A stretch of DNA of 64,000 nucleotides, taken from the NCBI GenBank assembly GCA_965116925.1, contig OZ220744.1, positions 4,768,001-4,832,000 on the forward strand, read 5' to 3'. A program made the position numbers and the translations under genes. The number at the start of each line of letters is the position of its first letter. The first letter of the stretch is position 1. This stretch comes from Candidatus Poribacteria bacterium. GTDB lineage: Bacteria; Poribacteria; WGA-4E; PCPOR2b. Below, piece after piece: positions 19,398-29,947 of this stretch. The notes beneath the pieces are model-generated. The model was not told the DNA's origin, ran no database searches, and saw only the letters and a program-made list of their open reading frames with translations.

Positions 19398-21837
19398 CGG
19401 GTGTCCCCAGAGGTAAATCCAATACTTCAGCCATATCATCACCCTCTTGGGTGAGATCATCAGACGAATCGGACTTCTTCAGAGCGAGATCTAACACTTC
19501 ACTCATATCAGAGACTTTGTGAAAATGCAAAGTGTCTCGAATTTCTTCAGGAATATCGGGGATATCTTTATCGTTTTCTTCGGGGATAATAACGTTCTTG
19601 ATGCTATTGCGGTGCGCTGCGAGTACCTTCTCTTTCAGTCCACCGATCGGCAGGACATGCCCACGCAAGGTGATCTCACCGGTCATAGCGATATCCTTAC
19701 GGACCCGCTGCCCCGTCATCGCAGAAATCATCGCAGTAGCGAGCGTAATGCCCGCCGAAGGTCCCTCTACGGGAATCGCGCCTTCAGGCACGTGGATGTG
19801 GATATCCTGCTTATTAAACTCAAAATCAGATGGCACCTCAAGCGATTCTGATTGAGAGCGGATGTAACCGAGTGCGGTTTGAACAGATTCACGCATAATC
19901 TCCTGAAGCCTGCCTGTCATGCTCAGTTTACCCTCCCCAACCATTGTCGCCACTTCAATAGGAACGACATCGCCACCAGCCTGTGAAACGACTAAGCCCG
20001 TCGCAACACCGACCTCATCCTCTTTTTCCGCCTTTCCCTGTGCAAATTTTGGAGGACCGAGATATTCTGTCAAATCCTCGACACCGACCTCAATTTTGAC
20101 CTCTGTGTCGCCGCTTTTTACAACCTCTTTAGCGATTTTGCGACAGATACTGGTAATTTCGCGTTCTAGGTTTCGGACACCCGCTTCACGCGTGTACCGG
20201 TGAATGATGTCAAAAATTGTATCGTCCGCGAATGTGAGGTTCTCCTCCTTGAGCCCGTGGGCTTCGATCTGCTTGGGTATCAAGAATAGGTTAGCGATTT
20301 TATGCTTTTCATATTCCGTGTAGCCGGGGAGTTCGATAATCTCCATGCGGTCTTCCAACGCGGGTGGGATTGGTTCCCGTGTATTTGCGGTGGTTATAAA
20401 CATAATCTCCGAGAGATCGAACGCTACATCTAGGTAGTGGTCACGAAATGTCCCATTCTGCTCTGGGTCAAGCACTTCAAGCAGCGCCGATGCCGGATCG
20501 CCCCGGAAGTCCATGCTCATCTTGTCGATTTCGTCTAGGAGGAAGAGAGGATTTCTCGATTTTGCATCCCGCAGCCCTTGAATAATTCTGCCCGGCAAAG
20601 ATCCGATGTAAGTCCGGCGATGTCCACGGATTTCGGCTTCGTCCCGGACACCACCCAAGGACATGCGGACGAAGTTTCGCCCGGTTGCTCTAGCAATTGA
20701 CTGACCCAATGAGGTCTTTCCGACCCCCGGAGGACCAACGAAACAGAGGATGGGGCCTTTGAGTTTCTTGACCAATTGGAGCACAGCAAGATATTCAAGG
20801 ATGCGTTCTTTCGGCTTTTCGAGCCCATAGTGATCTTCCTCTAATATTTTCTCCGCTCCCTCTAAGTCAATTTCGCTCTCCGTCTGTTTGTCCCAAGGCA
20901 AAGCGACAAGCCAGTCGATATAGGTGCGGATGACACCCGATTCTGCCGACATCGGCGGCATCTGCTGTAATCGATCAAGCTCTTTCAACGCTTTTTCTTG
21001 TGCTTCCTCGGTCATGCCTGCTGCTTCAATCTGTTCCCGCAGCTCATCAAGGTCCCCCTGTTCATCCCCTCGACCGAGTTCCTTCTGGATGGCTTTCATC
21101 TTTTCCTGAAGATAGAACTCCCGATGCGTCCGCTCAACGGACTTACGCACCTGCGTATTGATTTTATCGTCCAGTTTGAAAAGTTCTAGATCTTCCTGAA
21201 GCAGTTCGACAACAATCTGAAGTCGCTTAATCGGGTTAATCTCGTCCAATACCCCTTGCAACCGCTCCGCCTCCATACTGGTGAAGCTAGCAATCGAATC
21301 CGCAAGATGACCCGGTTCAACCTCTTTCTGGACAACCATCATCGCTTCTTCAGGCGTTTGGCGATTTCCTTTGATATACTCCTCAAAGGCTGAAATCGCT
21401 GCTTCCATCAATGATTTTGCTTGGTTTGATTGCTCCAATTCCTCGTGAACAATTTTTACCTCCGCTTGTAGAAACCCATCCGTTTCAAAGCAGCGTAGCA
21501 CGATTGCACGGCTATAGCCTTCAATCGCAATCCGAATGCTTCCATCGCGTGGATCATAAGAATCTGCAATGCTCGTGGCTGTACCAACACGATAAAAGCC
21601 ATCGGGGCCCGGGTTTTCCTCGTCTTTGTCCTTTTGATTGAGCAACAGCACATCTTGATTTGCTTTTACGGCGTATTTTGTTGCCCGGACTCCCATCTTG
21701 CGAATGACATTTAAGGGGGTACTTATACGGGGGAAGAAAACTTTTCCGGGGGTAGGAATAACTGGAAGTATAACAACTTCATCAGGCTGATTATCTTGTT
21801 CATCAGCCTGACGGTCTTTGGTCGAATCTTGGCTCAT
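19357..21837 (-). CDS. lon: Lon protease
   Basis: GPPGVGKT, LLDEIDK, GPSAG, GGLKEK. Confidence 0.97.
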   Translation of the reverse strand: MSQDSTKDRQADEQDNQPDEVVILPVIPTPGKVFFPRISTPLNVIRKMGVRATKYAVKANQDVLLLNQKDKDEENPGPDGFYRVGTATSIADSYDPRDGSIRIAIEGYSRAIVLRCFETDGFLQAEVKIVHEELEQSNQAKSLMEAAISAFEEYIKGNRQTPEEAMMVVQKEVEPGHLADSIASFTSMEAERLQGVLDEINPIKRLQIVVELLQEDLELFKLDDKINTQVRKSVERTHREFYLQEKMKAIQKELGRGDEQGDLDELREQIEAAGMTEEAQEKALKELDRLQQMPPMSAESGVIRTYIDWLVALPWDKQTESEIDLEGAEKILEEDHYGLEKPKERILEYLAVLQLVKKLKGPILCFVGPPGVGKTSLGQSIARATGRNFVRMSLGGVRDEAEIRGHRRTYIGSLPGRIIQGLRDAKSRNPLFLLDEIDKMSMDFRGDPASALLEVLDPEQNGTFRDHYLDVAFDLSEIMFITTANTREPIPPALEDRMEIIELPGYTEYEKHKIANLFLIPKQIEAHGLKEENLTFADDTIFDIIHRYTREAGVRNLEREITSICRKIAKEVVKSGDTEVKIEVGVEDLTEYLGPPKFAQGKAEKEDEVGVATGLVVSQAGGDVVPIEVATMVGEGKLSMTGRLQEIMRESVQTALGYIRSQSESLEVPSDFEFNKQDIHIHVPEGAIPVEGPSAGITLATAMISAMTGQRVRKDIAMTGEITLRGHVLPIGGLKEKVLAAHRNSIKNVIIPEENDKDIPDIPEEIRDTLHFHKVSDMSEVLDLALKKSDSSDDLTQEGDDMAEVLDLPLGTPDAPRQIPTGEPPH

Positions 21838-21899
21838 GATGAACTCCTTGAACGTAGAACGTAATCCGTCATAGGTAATTCGCCCATTTTGTTAATTTG

Positions 21900-23171
21900 C
21901 TAGGCAGTTAAAGCTTCTTGTTCGTCCTCATAAACTAGTATAGGCGATTTACTTTCTAAAATAGCCTCCGCTGTGATAATACATTCTTTGACCAGTTTAG
22001 GAGAAGATGGTATCTCATACATGATATCTAGCATCAGGTTTTCCAAGATTGCCCTTAGCCCTCTCGCGCCTGTTTCACGCCTTATGGCTTCTTGGGCAAT
22101 AGCTTTGATTGCATCTTCCGCGACATGCAGAGATACCTTATCGTAATGAAGCAGTTGGGTGTATTGTTTTATAAGGGCATTCTGAGGCTCGGTCAAAATC
22201 TGGGTTAAAGCCGATTCGTCAAGGTCGTGCAGCACCGCAGCGACAGGGAGGCGTCCGACGAATTCTGGGATGAAACCGTACTGGATTAAATCCTTCGGCG
22301 CAACCTGTGAGAGGGTTTCGTGGAGCTTTCTTTCGCTCTTCGCTTGAACTGCGGATCCAAACCCTAGCCCTTGGTGTCCGGTCCGTTGTTCGATAATTTT
22401 ATCAAGCCCCACAAATGTCCCGCCGCATATAAATAAAACCTTTGAAGTATCCACCTCAATTAATTCTTGATGCGGGTGTTTTCGACCTCCCTGCGGGGGA
22501 ACATTCGCTGTTTTTCCTTCCAAGATTTTCAACAATGCTTGCTGAACACCTTCTCCTGAAACATCTCTCGTAATCGAGGGATTTTCGGATTTACGACTGA
22601 TCTTGTCGATCTCGTCAATATAAATAATTCCTTGCTCTGCACGTGTGATATCACCGTCTGCAGCTTGTACCAGTTTTAGGATTATATTTTCAACATCTTC
22701 ACCCACATATCCGGCTTCCGTCAGCGTCGTTGCATCGGTGATAGCGAAAGGCACATTTAGAATCCGTGCTAAGGTTTGCGCCAGAAGGGTTTTGCCTGTG
22801 CCTGTGGGACCAATTAACAGGATATTACTTTTTTCTAACTCGACATCTGAATCTGTATGAAATTGTAGTTTTTTGTAATGATTGTATACAGCAACGGCAA
22901 GAATTTTCTTTGCATCATCCTGACCAATTACATATTTATCAAGCTGTGCCTTAATTTCAGAGGGATGCGGGAGAGACAAGGAATCTGAAATTTCAGTGTA
23001 TTCTTCCTCCTCCTCTATCCCATACAGATCAGCTAAGATGTCGTTGCATAGTTCAACGCACTCATCACAAACGTAGACACCAGATCCAATAGGGCTTGCA
23101 ATGAGTTTGCGCACTTCCTCTTGGCTCTTATCGCAAAAGGAGCAGCGCTGGGCATCAATAATGTCCTGCAT
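21900..23171 (-). CDS. clpX: ATP-dependent Clp protease ATPase ClpX
   Basis: CSFC...CDEC zinc finger, [20 protein letters not shown]. Confidence 0.97.
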   Translation of the reverse strand: MQDIIDAQRCSFCDKSQEEVRKLIASPIGSGVYVCDECVELCNDILADLYGIEEEEEYTEISDSLSLPHPSEIKAQLDKYVIGQDDAKKILAVAVYNHYKKLQFHTDSDVELEKSNILLIGPTGTGKTLLAQTLARILNVPFAITDATTLTEAGYVGEDVENIILKLVQAADGDITRAEQGIIYIDEIDKISRKSENPSITRDVSGEGVQQALLKILEGKTANVPPQGGRKHPHQELIEVDTSKVLFICGGTFVGLDKIIEQRTGHQGLGFGSAVQAKSERKLHETLSQVAPKDLIQYGFIPEFVGRLPVAAVLHDLDESALTQILTEPQNALIKQYTQLLHYDKVSLHVAEDAIKAIAQEAIRRETGARGLRAILENLMLDIMYEIPSSPKLVKECIITAEAILESKSPILVYEDEQEALTA

Positions 23172-23247
23172 AAAAATCTCCAAATTTGTTCAATAATGAC
23201 TACAATATCACCCTATGTATGTATGAATTATTTGATGTCAATGCACA

Positions 23248-23859
23248 TTAGGCATCACGCCCAACTTCTTCAGTAGACCGGCGGGAAGCAACTGAATCAA
23301 TAATACCATATTCGAGTGCCTCTTGGGCTGTCATATAAAAATCGCGGTCTGCATCCGCTTCAATTTTATCCGGCGATTGTCCTGTGTGTTCTGCTAAGAT
23401 AGCGTATAGCCTTTCGCGCTCTCGTAGAATCTCCCTCGCATGGATATCAATATCGGACGCCTGACCGCTAATACCACTGGTAAGAGGCTGATGAATGAGG
23501 GTCTTGGAGTGTGGCAAGGCATACCGTTTTCCACTTGTGCCGCCGGCAAGCAAGACCGCACCCATGCTGTAGGCTCGCCCGACGCACCACGTTTGCACAT
23601 CAGGTCTGATATACTGCATTGTGTCATAGATTGCTAACCCGGCCTCTATCCCGCCACCCGGAGTGTTTACGTAAAGCACGATATCCGCATCAGGATTATC
23701 ACTCTCTAAAAAGAGCATCTGAGCCGTGACACTGTTCGCTACATTATCATCAATTACCGAACCAACAATAATGATTCGATCTCTCAGCAGTCGCGAGTAA
23801 ATATCGTAAGAGCGCTCGCCACGACTTGTTTGTTCCACAACAATCGGAACAAGGTTCAT
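23248..23859 (-). CDS. clpP: Clp protease proteolytic subunit
   Basis: [21 protein letters not shown]. Confidence 0.97.
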   Translation of the reverse strand: MNLVPIVVEQTSRGERSYDIYSRLLRDRIIIVGSVIDDNVANSVTAQMLFLESDNPDADIVLYVNTPGGGIEAGLAIYDTMQYIRPDVQTWCVGRAYSMGAVLLAGGTSGKRYALPHSKTLIHQPLTSGISGQASDIDIHAREILRERERLYAILAEHTGQSPDKIEADADRDFYMTAQEALEYGIIDSVASRRSTEEVGRDA

Positions 23860-23902
23860 GCTAAAATTTCTCCTCAAACCCTGATAGGATGCCTTCCTGT
23901 TA

Positions 23903-25204
23903 TCAAATAATCAGAGACTGTTTGGCAGAAGAACGCTGGATTAAAAGACGGTAAACTTTTTCATTCCGCAGCGTGTCTCGAAACTCCTCCAAACGATTGC
24001 TCTCCCTCAGCAAACTCGCATATTTTTGAGGGTCTCGATTTTGCTGTTCAGCGATGCGCCGAATCTCTATGTCCAACTCATCGTCCGTGACCCTAATATT
24101 TTCACGTTCGGCAATAACATCAAACATCCACGCCTGCTTCGTTTGCCTGATTGCATCTTTGCGCAATTCCGTCGGCAGCTTTGCCATGTCTATTCCTGCT
24201 TGTTCAGGAGTTTGTCCTTCTTGCCTTAATCGTAGGAGAATGTTTTGAACCGTTTGCTGCACATGCTGATCAACAATAGATTCAGGAATATTAATCGCCG
24301 TTTTTTCGATTAACTGTTCAAGGATGTCCTCTTGCTGACGATGAGTGTGGATTGCCTTCTGCTCCTCAACGAGATTATTCCAAATTGCGCCCCTCAGTTG
24401 TTCGTAGTTTTCGTATTCCAGATCTTTTGCGAATTCATCATCAAGGGATGGCAGCTGTTTCTCTGTGATTGCTCGAAGCGTTACGTTAAACACGGCATGT
24501 TTGCCGGCAAGCTCAGGATTTTCGTGATCGCCATCGAAATCCATTTCAACTTGTCGGCTCTCCTCCACACGCATACCAATGATCTCAGACTCAACCGCTG
24601 GCAGCAGCATCCCCTTGCCAATGTCAATATCCGCGTCCTGTTTGCTCCCATCGGTAATTGGCGCGCCATCGACAAGACACTCCCAGTCAATCCGCACGGA
24701 GTCACTTTCCTCGGCCGGACGGTCCACTTCAAGTGGGATGTAGGTCGCAAACTGTTCTTGTAACCGCTGAATATACTCCTCCACTTCCTCACGAGGAACA
24801 TTCGGCGGCGATTTATCAATAACTAAATCTTCGTACTCTGGGAGGACAAAATCAGGTTTGACATCAAGCGTTGCTTCAAAAGCAAGCGGCTGACCCTCCT
24901 TAAGTTCCATCCGGTTCATGGGCGGCGAAAGCTCAAGGTTACCCAGGGGAATCAGCCGTTCAGAAATCAAAGCCTGTTCATAGGCAGGTGGGACGAGATT
25001 TTGGATGGCTTCAGCTTTGAGATGCTCTGCAAATCGTGATTTAAGAATACTTAAGGGAACTTTTCCTTTGCGGAAGCCGGGAACTGAAACCTTGGTTCGC
25101 AAAGTCTGGCAGTTACGTTCAAGTTCTTGGCTGATTTCTTCAGCAGAAATTTCGATGCTTAAACGGACCTGACTGTTTCCCAGCTTTTCAACTTCAACCT
25201 TCAA
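23903..25204 (-). CDS. tig: Trigger factor
   Basis: PGFRKGKVP signature; TTG start with GGAGG RBS; upstream of clpP. Confidence 0.95.
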   Translation of the reverse strand: MKVEVEKLGNSQVRLSIEISAEEISQELERNCQTLRTKVSVPGFRKGKVPLSILKSRFAEHLKAEAIQNLVPPAYEQALISERLIPLGNLELSPPMNRMELKEGQPLAFEATLDVKPDFVLPEYEDLVIDKSPPNVPREEVEEYIQRLQEQFATYIPLEVDRPAEESDSVRIDWECLVDGAPITDGSKQDADIDIGKGMLLPAVESEIIGMRVEESRQVEMDFDGDHENPELAGKHAVFNVTLRAITEKQLPSLDDEFAKDLEYENYEQLRGAIWNNLVEEQKAIHTHRQQEDILEQLIEKTAINIPESIVDQHVQQTVQNILLRLRQEGQTPEQAGIDMAKLPTELRKDAIRQTKQAWMFDVIAERENIRVTDDELDIEIRRIAEQQNRDPQKYASLLRESNRLEEFRDTLRNEKVYRLLIQRSSAKQSLII

Positions 25205-25236
25205 GTAGACCTCCAGATTCTATCAGAAAAGGCGTT

Positions 25237-25324
25237 TGGTGGGCGAGGAGGGATTTGAACCCTCACGGGGGATAACCCCAATAGATCCTAAATCTATCTT
25301 GTCTACCGGTTCCAACACCCGCCC
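25237..25324 (-). tRNA. tRNA-Leu(TAG)
   Basis: Cloverleaf with long variable arm, ATAGA-TTTAGGA-TCTAT anticodon arm, CCA end. Confidence 0.93.
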
Positions 25325-25333
25325 ACGTCAAAA

Positions 25334-25410
25334 TGGTGCGCCGTGAAGGAATCGAACCTTCAACCGCCTGATTAAGAGTCAGATGCTCTGCCTGGTTGAG
25401 CTAACGGCGC
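25334..25410 (-). tRNA. tRNA-Lys(CTT)
   Basis: CTGA-CTCTTAA-TCAG anticodon arm, TTCGA, CCA. Confidence 0.95.
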
Positions 25411-25420
25411 AGAAGAAAAG

Positions 25421-25494
25421 CGCGCCCGGAGGGACTCGAACCCCCAACTTATAGATCCGAAGTCTATTGCTCTATCCAATTGAACTACGGACGC
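25421..25494 (-). tRNA. tRNA-Arg(TCG)
   Basis: ATAGA-CTTCGGA-TCTAT; CCA not encoded. Confidence 0.93.
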
Positions 25495-25518
25495 ATGATA
25501 TTATGGTAGATTTTAGAA

Positions 25519-25623
25519 CTATAGTGGATCTTAGAATTAATGAGACACTCCAAACCGGTACAGTTAGGAAACCGCACCTACCGGGGGGCGAAAGTGTCTA
25601 TTTATTTTTAGAATTCACTATAA
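25519..25623. mobile_element. MITE family A, uninterrupted copy
   Basis: TATAGTGGATCTTAGAA...AGAATTCACTATA ends with an internal CCGCACCTAC REP. Confidence 0.8.
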
Positions 25624-25630
25624 ATTTCAA

Positions 25631-25975
25631 TAGGCCTTACGCAGTTGAATCCTCAAAGCTACCCCCCCGATACTCAGTTCCATTTCAATGCCCCACCGGC
25701 ACGATTCGGCGATTTGGCAGGGCACTGGCAGGTCCAAAAAAAAAATTCAACCTCATATCGGGGGTTCATCATTAGCCGGTGTCTCTCTGAACCCTGACGG
25801 GGCCTAGCTTCAGGGCGTTTGTAGATTTTTACCACGCAACAGAAGATACGCCCAGAAGGCTTTTTAACCTGCCAAATACGCACTGTTTATGAACCGTTTT
25901 TCACTCAAATGGCACCATAACCAAGCCAAATGGCAGGGATTTGGCAGGGCAAAGCTCTAAAATGCGTAAGTCCTA
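25631..25975. mobile_element. Family D-type element inside the tRNA cluster
   Basis: Ends TAGGCCTTACGCA...TGCGTAAGTCCTA match the 54212-54350 ends; internal TGGCAGG repeats. Confidence 0.65.
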
Positions 25976-25984
25976 TACAATAAA

Positions 25985-26059
25985 TCGGGGCGAGAGGATT
26001 TGAACCTCCGACCTTCTGCTCCCAAAGCAGACACGCTAACCGGACTGCGCTACGCCCCG
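25985..26059 (-). tRNA. tRNA-Pro(TGG)
   Basis: CGGGGCG acceptor, TCTGC-TTTGGGA-GCAGA. Confidence 0.95.
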
Positions 26060-26066
26060 AACAAAG

Positions 26067-26140
26067 GGTGGATGATGGGATTTGAACCCACGACCACTTG
26101 ATCCACAGTCAAGCGCTCTACCGCCTGAGCTACATCCACC
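26067..26140 (-). tRNA. tRNA-His(GTG)
   Basis: CTTGA-CTGTGGA-TCAAG, encoded G-1. Confidence 0.95.
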
Positions 26141-26150
26141 ATAAAAAGGT

Positions 26151-26227
26151 TGGCACGCCCGGCAGGATTCGAACCTGCGACCACCTGATTAGAAGTCAGG
26201 TGCTCTATCCAACTGAGCTACGGGCGC
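26151..26227 (-). tRNA. tRNA-Arg(TCT)
   Basis: CCTGA-CTTCTAA-TCAGG, CCA end. Confidence 0.95.
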
Positions 26228-26249
26228 ATACAAAAGGCGAAAAAAATAA

Positions 26250-26326
26250 GGTGGCAAAGGATTTACCTCCCCACCCTTCCGGATATTTTAGATCAGAAGA
26301 CATTAACCGGGCCATGCTACACCCGT
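26250..26326 (-). ncRNA. tRNA-like element / leader terminator
   Basis: Colinear with tRNA-Pro (D arm, anticodon-like arm, shortened T arm); the 3' part forms a hairpin followed by a T tract. Confidence 0.4.
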
Positions 26327-26359
26327 CTTTTTTCGGACTTGCTGCAAAAAGGTTTGGAA

Positions 26360-26388
26360 AATATACCACATTTTATAGGTAGTTGCAA
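26360..26388 (-). promoter_or_regulatory. Promoter of the tRNA-tig operon
   Basis: TTGCAA-17 bp-TATATT with an extended -10 TG. Confidence 0.6.
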
Positions 26389-26602
26389 GTCAAAATTCAG
26401 ATTGATAGAGAAGGAAAACCCATTATCGCAGCAACCCTCAAACGACTTTGGTGTAACGAAAAGCGTGATAGGACAAGGGAAATCTTTTATGCTCAAGACA
26501 TTTGTCTGGCAGTTTAGGCAACGGTCTGGTAAAATAGTATCCTGTTGCAGCAACTAATGACAACCTGAGTTGTCTTTTGATTCGTTTGGAGGTGGACAAC
26601 CA

Positions 26603-27478
26603 ATGCCCCTTTTAGACGCAAAATTTCTCAAACAGATTGCGCGCCTCCAAATTCGTTCCGAGGTTGTATTTCGGGGAAAGTTCAAAGGCGAACGACGCAG
26701 CCTCAATCGGGGTGCGAGCGTTGAATTTGCGGATTATCGCACCTACGAACTTGGCGATGATTTGCGCCACATCGACTGGAACGTTTATGCCCGATTGGAT
26801 CGGCTTTTTCTTAAATTGTTCAACGCAGAAGAGGACCTACCAGTCTTCATCTTGATTGATAACAGCATCTCAATGGATTTCGGACAACCCACGAAACTGG
26901 AGTGTGCCAAACAGATTGCTGCGGCACTGAGCTATATCGGTTTAATCAGTTTTGATCGCGTCTCCGTTTACACGTTTTCAGATCAGCTGACTCCTATCGT
27001 CCCCTCCATGTACGGAAAAGCGCAGTTTCCAAAGCTGTCAGATGCGATTGAAGGAATCGCCGGGGGTGGAGAAACACATCTGGCAACGTGCTTGCAACGT
27101 TTCCTCACCGAAATAAAGGGACCTGGTGTTGGAGTTATCATCTCCGATTTTTGGGATATGGACGGTTATGAGACAGCCATTAAAGGGCTCCTATCCCGAA
27201 GTTTTGACTTAACACTCATTCATCTCCTCAGTGATGAAGAGATACACCCACAACTTTCGGGTGAGCTGCAGTTGGCAGACGCAGAGACGGGACAGGCTAA
27301 AGAAATTACCGTCAATGAGGGGGCACTCGTGAGTTACACCGAGCGATTGAACGCTTTTTGTGAAAATTTGAAACGTTATTGCCTGAATCGCGGTGCGACG
27401 TATATTCGTATGAATCAGCAGACACCCATTGAACAGTTCATTTTGCAAGATTTACGACGGAGCAGCTTTATCCATTAA
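26603..27478 (+). CDS. DUF58-domain (vWA-like) protein
   Basis: GASVEFADYRTYELGDDLRHIDWN, DNSISM, IISDF. Confidence 0.9.
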   Translation: MPLLDAKFLKQIARLQIRSEVVFRGKFKGERRSLNRGASVEFADYRTYELGDDLRHIDWNVYARLDRLFLKLFNAEEDLPVFILIDNSISMDFGQPTKLECAKQIAAALSYIGLISFDRVSVYTFSDQLTPIVPSMYGKAQFPKLSDAIEGIAGGGETHLATCLQRFLTEIKGPGVGVIISDFWDMDGYETAIKGLLSRSFDLTLIHLLSDEEIHPQLSGELQLADAETGQAKEITVNEGALVSYTERLNAFCENLKRYCLNRGATYIRMNQQTPIEQFILQDLRRSSFIH

Positions 27479-27496
27479 GGACAGGGAGGATAACTC

Positions 27497-28918
27497 ATGG
27501 CACAACCAATCGTAGCAATCGTTGGAAGACCCAACGTGGGGAAATCTTCCCTCTTCAATCTGATTGCGAAAGAGCAGATCGCTGTCGTTCACGATCAGCC
27601 GGGTGTAACGCGAGACCGGATTTATGCTGATGTCGAGTGGGATGATGGTTATTTTACCGTTGTGGATACCGGCGGTTTAGATCTCGATCCGGAGGATCCC
27701 CTCATCGACAGCGTCCAGTGGCAGGTCGAAGTGGCTTTAGAGGAGGCGACGGTTATCCTGTTTGTCGTTGACGCGCAGACGGGAATTATGCCGCAAGATT
27801 TGCTAATTGCGGATATGCTGAGAAAAACGGATAAAGAGATTTTTGTCGTCGTCAATAAAGCGGATAACGCTCGGTTAGAGACCGAAGGGACAGAGTTTTA
27901 CCAACTTGCACTCGGCGAACCCTTCTTTACCTCGTGTGCACAGAACATGGGGATTAATATTCTACTTGACGAAGTTGTATTCGCCATGCCGGAAGCAGAG
28001 GCTGAAAGTCCCGATGCCGTTACCGAACCGATTAAAATTGCCATCGTCGGCCGTCCGAATGCAGGTAAATCATCTCTCATCAATGCAATTCTCGGCGAAG
28101 ACCGGATGATTGTCGATGACCGTCCTGGCACAACGCGCGACGCCGTAAACATCAGTTTTACCCATGACGCTGTGCCGTTTGAGTTGATTGACACCGCAGG
28201 GATGCGTCGGAAATCTGCTATCAATAGCCAACTTGAACAATCGACCGTCCAACGCGCTATCCGTAGCATTCGCAAAAGTGATATTTCATGGCTCGTCGTC
28301 GATGCCACCCGCGAAATAGCGCATCAAGACAAGACCATCGGCAGTTACATCGCCAGACAGGGTAAACCGTGCATCTTGGCGGTCAACAAATGGGACTTAA
28401 TCGCAAAAGATAACTCCACCTTTAATGAGTTCGTCAAGTCAATTCGCCGTCAGATGCCGCAGCTATTCTATGTCCCGATGCTCTTCGTTTCGGCACTTAC
28501 AGATCTGCGTGTGATGAAGCTGCTTGACCTCACACTTACTATTCATCGTGAGTATTCAACGAGTGTCCCCACACATGAGTTAAACAACCTGCTCGCATAC
28601 CTCAAAAATGCCCATCAACCCCCACGCTCTGGAAATGTGCGCCCCTCTCTGAAATATATGACACAGATTAAGACCCAACCGCCAACCTTTCTGCTTTTTG
28701 CTCGCCATGCAGATAAAATCCAGCCTCATTACGAAGCCTACTTGATAAACGGTATCCGTGAGGCATTCGGGTTCAGCGGGACGCCGTTACGAATTTACTA
28801 TCGATCGGCAGACGCGAAACCGGAGCCAAATTCCCGTGGCAAGCGGAAAGCAGGCAGAAAGAACGAGAGGCGCAATTTGCCGCTGCGGGAAAATGCAGGG
28901 CGTGAAACAGGAGAATAG
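27497..28918 (+). CDS. der: Ribosome biogenesis GTPase Der
   Basis: Two GRPNxGKSS G-domains; PGVTRD and GTTRD. Confidence 0.97.
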   Translation: MAQPIVAIVGRPNVGKSSLFNLIAKEQIAVVHDQPGVTRDRIYADVEWDDGYFTVVDTGGLDLDPEDPLIDSVQWQVEVALEEATVILFVVDAQTGIMPQDLLIADMLRKTDKEIFVVVNKADNARLETEGTEFYQLALGEPFFTSCAQNMGINILLDEVVFAMPEAEAESPDAVTEPIKIAIVGRPNAGKSSLINAILGEDRMIVDDRPGTTRDAVNISFTHDAVPFELIDTAGMRRKSAINSQLEQSTVQRAIRSIRKSDISWLVVDATREIAHQDKTIGSYIARQGKPCILAVNKWDLIAKDNSTFNEFVKSIRRQMPQLFYVPMLFVSALTDLRVMKLLDLTLTIHREYSTSVPTHELNNLLAYLKNAHQPPRSGNVRPSLKYMTQIKTQPPTFLLFARHADKIQPHYEAYLINGIREAFGFSGTPLRIYYRSADAKPEPNSRGKRKAGRKNERRNLPLRENAGRETGE

Positions 28919-28919
28919 C

Positions 28920-29747
28920 ATGTCATTAGAGCAAGACTTGGGATTTTTTGCAACAGACGTTTCACTGGAAGGCAGAAGCGCGATCGTCACCGGTTCGAGT
29001 CGAGGCATCGGCAGGGCGATCGCTATTGAACTCGCACGGCAGGGGACGAATGTCCTTGTTAATTACAACAACAATCGTGAAGCGGCGGAGGAAGTTAGGG
29101 ACGAGATCGAAAAACTCGGTCGAAAAGCGGTTATCGTGCAAGCGGATGTCAGCGATCTTGCACAACACCAGAAATTGCTTGATACGGCGATGGATGCCTT
29201 TGGCGGGGTTGATATTCTAGTCAACAATGCGGGCATTACACGGATCGCCGACATCCTTGAAGAATCCGAAGAGGATTTTGATATCCTCATTAAGACCAAT
29301 CTCAAAGCACCGCACTTTTTGACACAACGGGTTGCAAACTACATGATCGCCGAGGGGATTCGCGGGTGTATCGTTTATACCCTATCCATTTCAGACTCGC
29401 TCGCATCTGACAACCGCGCTGCCTACTGTATTTCCAAAGCGGGTTTAGAGATGGATATGAAGGTCTACGCAGGACGATTGGCAGAAGAAGGCATAAAGGT
29501 CAACGGAATTGAGGCGGGTGTTATCGACACAGATCTATCGCGGATTCGCATTCCAGACTACGAGGAGGCGTCGAAAAAGGGATATGTCTTTATGGTTAGG
29601 CCGGGTAAACCGGAAGATATCGCCTATGCTGCCATCGCTGCGATGAAGATATACGACACAGGCCGATTGATTCCTGCGGCGGGGGGAACCATGACCCACC
29701 TATTGAATCTGCGGATGATGACCGAATTGGACAGCAATCGATCGTGA
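28920..29747 (+). CDS. SDR-family oxidoreductase
   Basis: TGSSRGIG, LVNNAG, YCISK. Confidence 0.9.
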   Translation: MSLEQDLGFFATDVSLEGRSAIVTGSSRGIGRAIAIELARQGTNVLVNYNNNREAAEEVRDEIEKLGRKAVIVQADVSDLAQHQKLLDTAMDAFGGVDILVNNAGITRIADILEESEEDFDILIKTNLKAPHFLTQRVANYMIAEGIRGCIVYTLSISDSLASDNRAAYCISKAGLEMDMKVYAGRLAEEGIKVNGIEAGVIDTDLSRIRIPDYEEASKKGYVFMVRPGKPEDIAYAAIAAMKIYDTGRLIPAAGGTMTHLLNLRMMTELDSNRS

Positions 29748-29947
29748 GGATAACGTAACTTTTTAGCAGAAATGTTAAAATTAGACTAAACGGCAACTCG
29801 TTGGGCGAGGCAACCTCGCCCCTACGATTGGATGCCTATCGGTAATTGACATACTCCCAAACCTAAAGGATTGGGATTCTTATCCCGATTTATCGGGACT
29901 CCGAGAATCGGAGCGCGCCCCGTGCCAATAGGAGTCGAATTGCGCTA

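Noticed and set aside
25467..26557. Short ORFs across the tRNA cluster
   Set aside because: They overlap tRNAs and MITEs and have no coding signature
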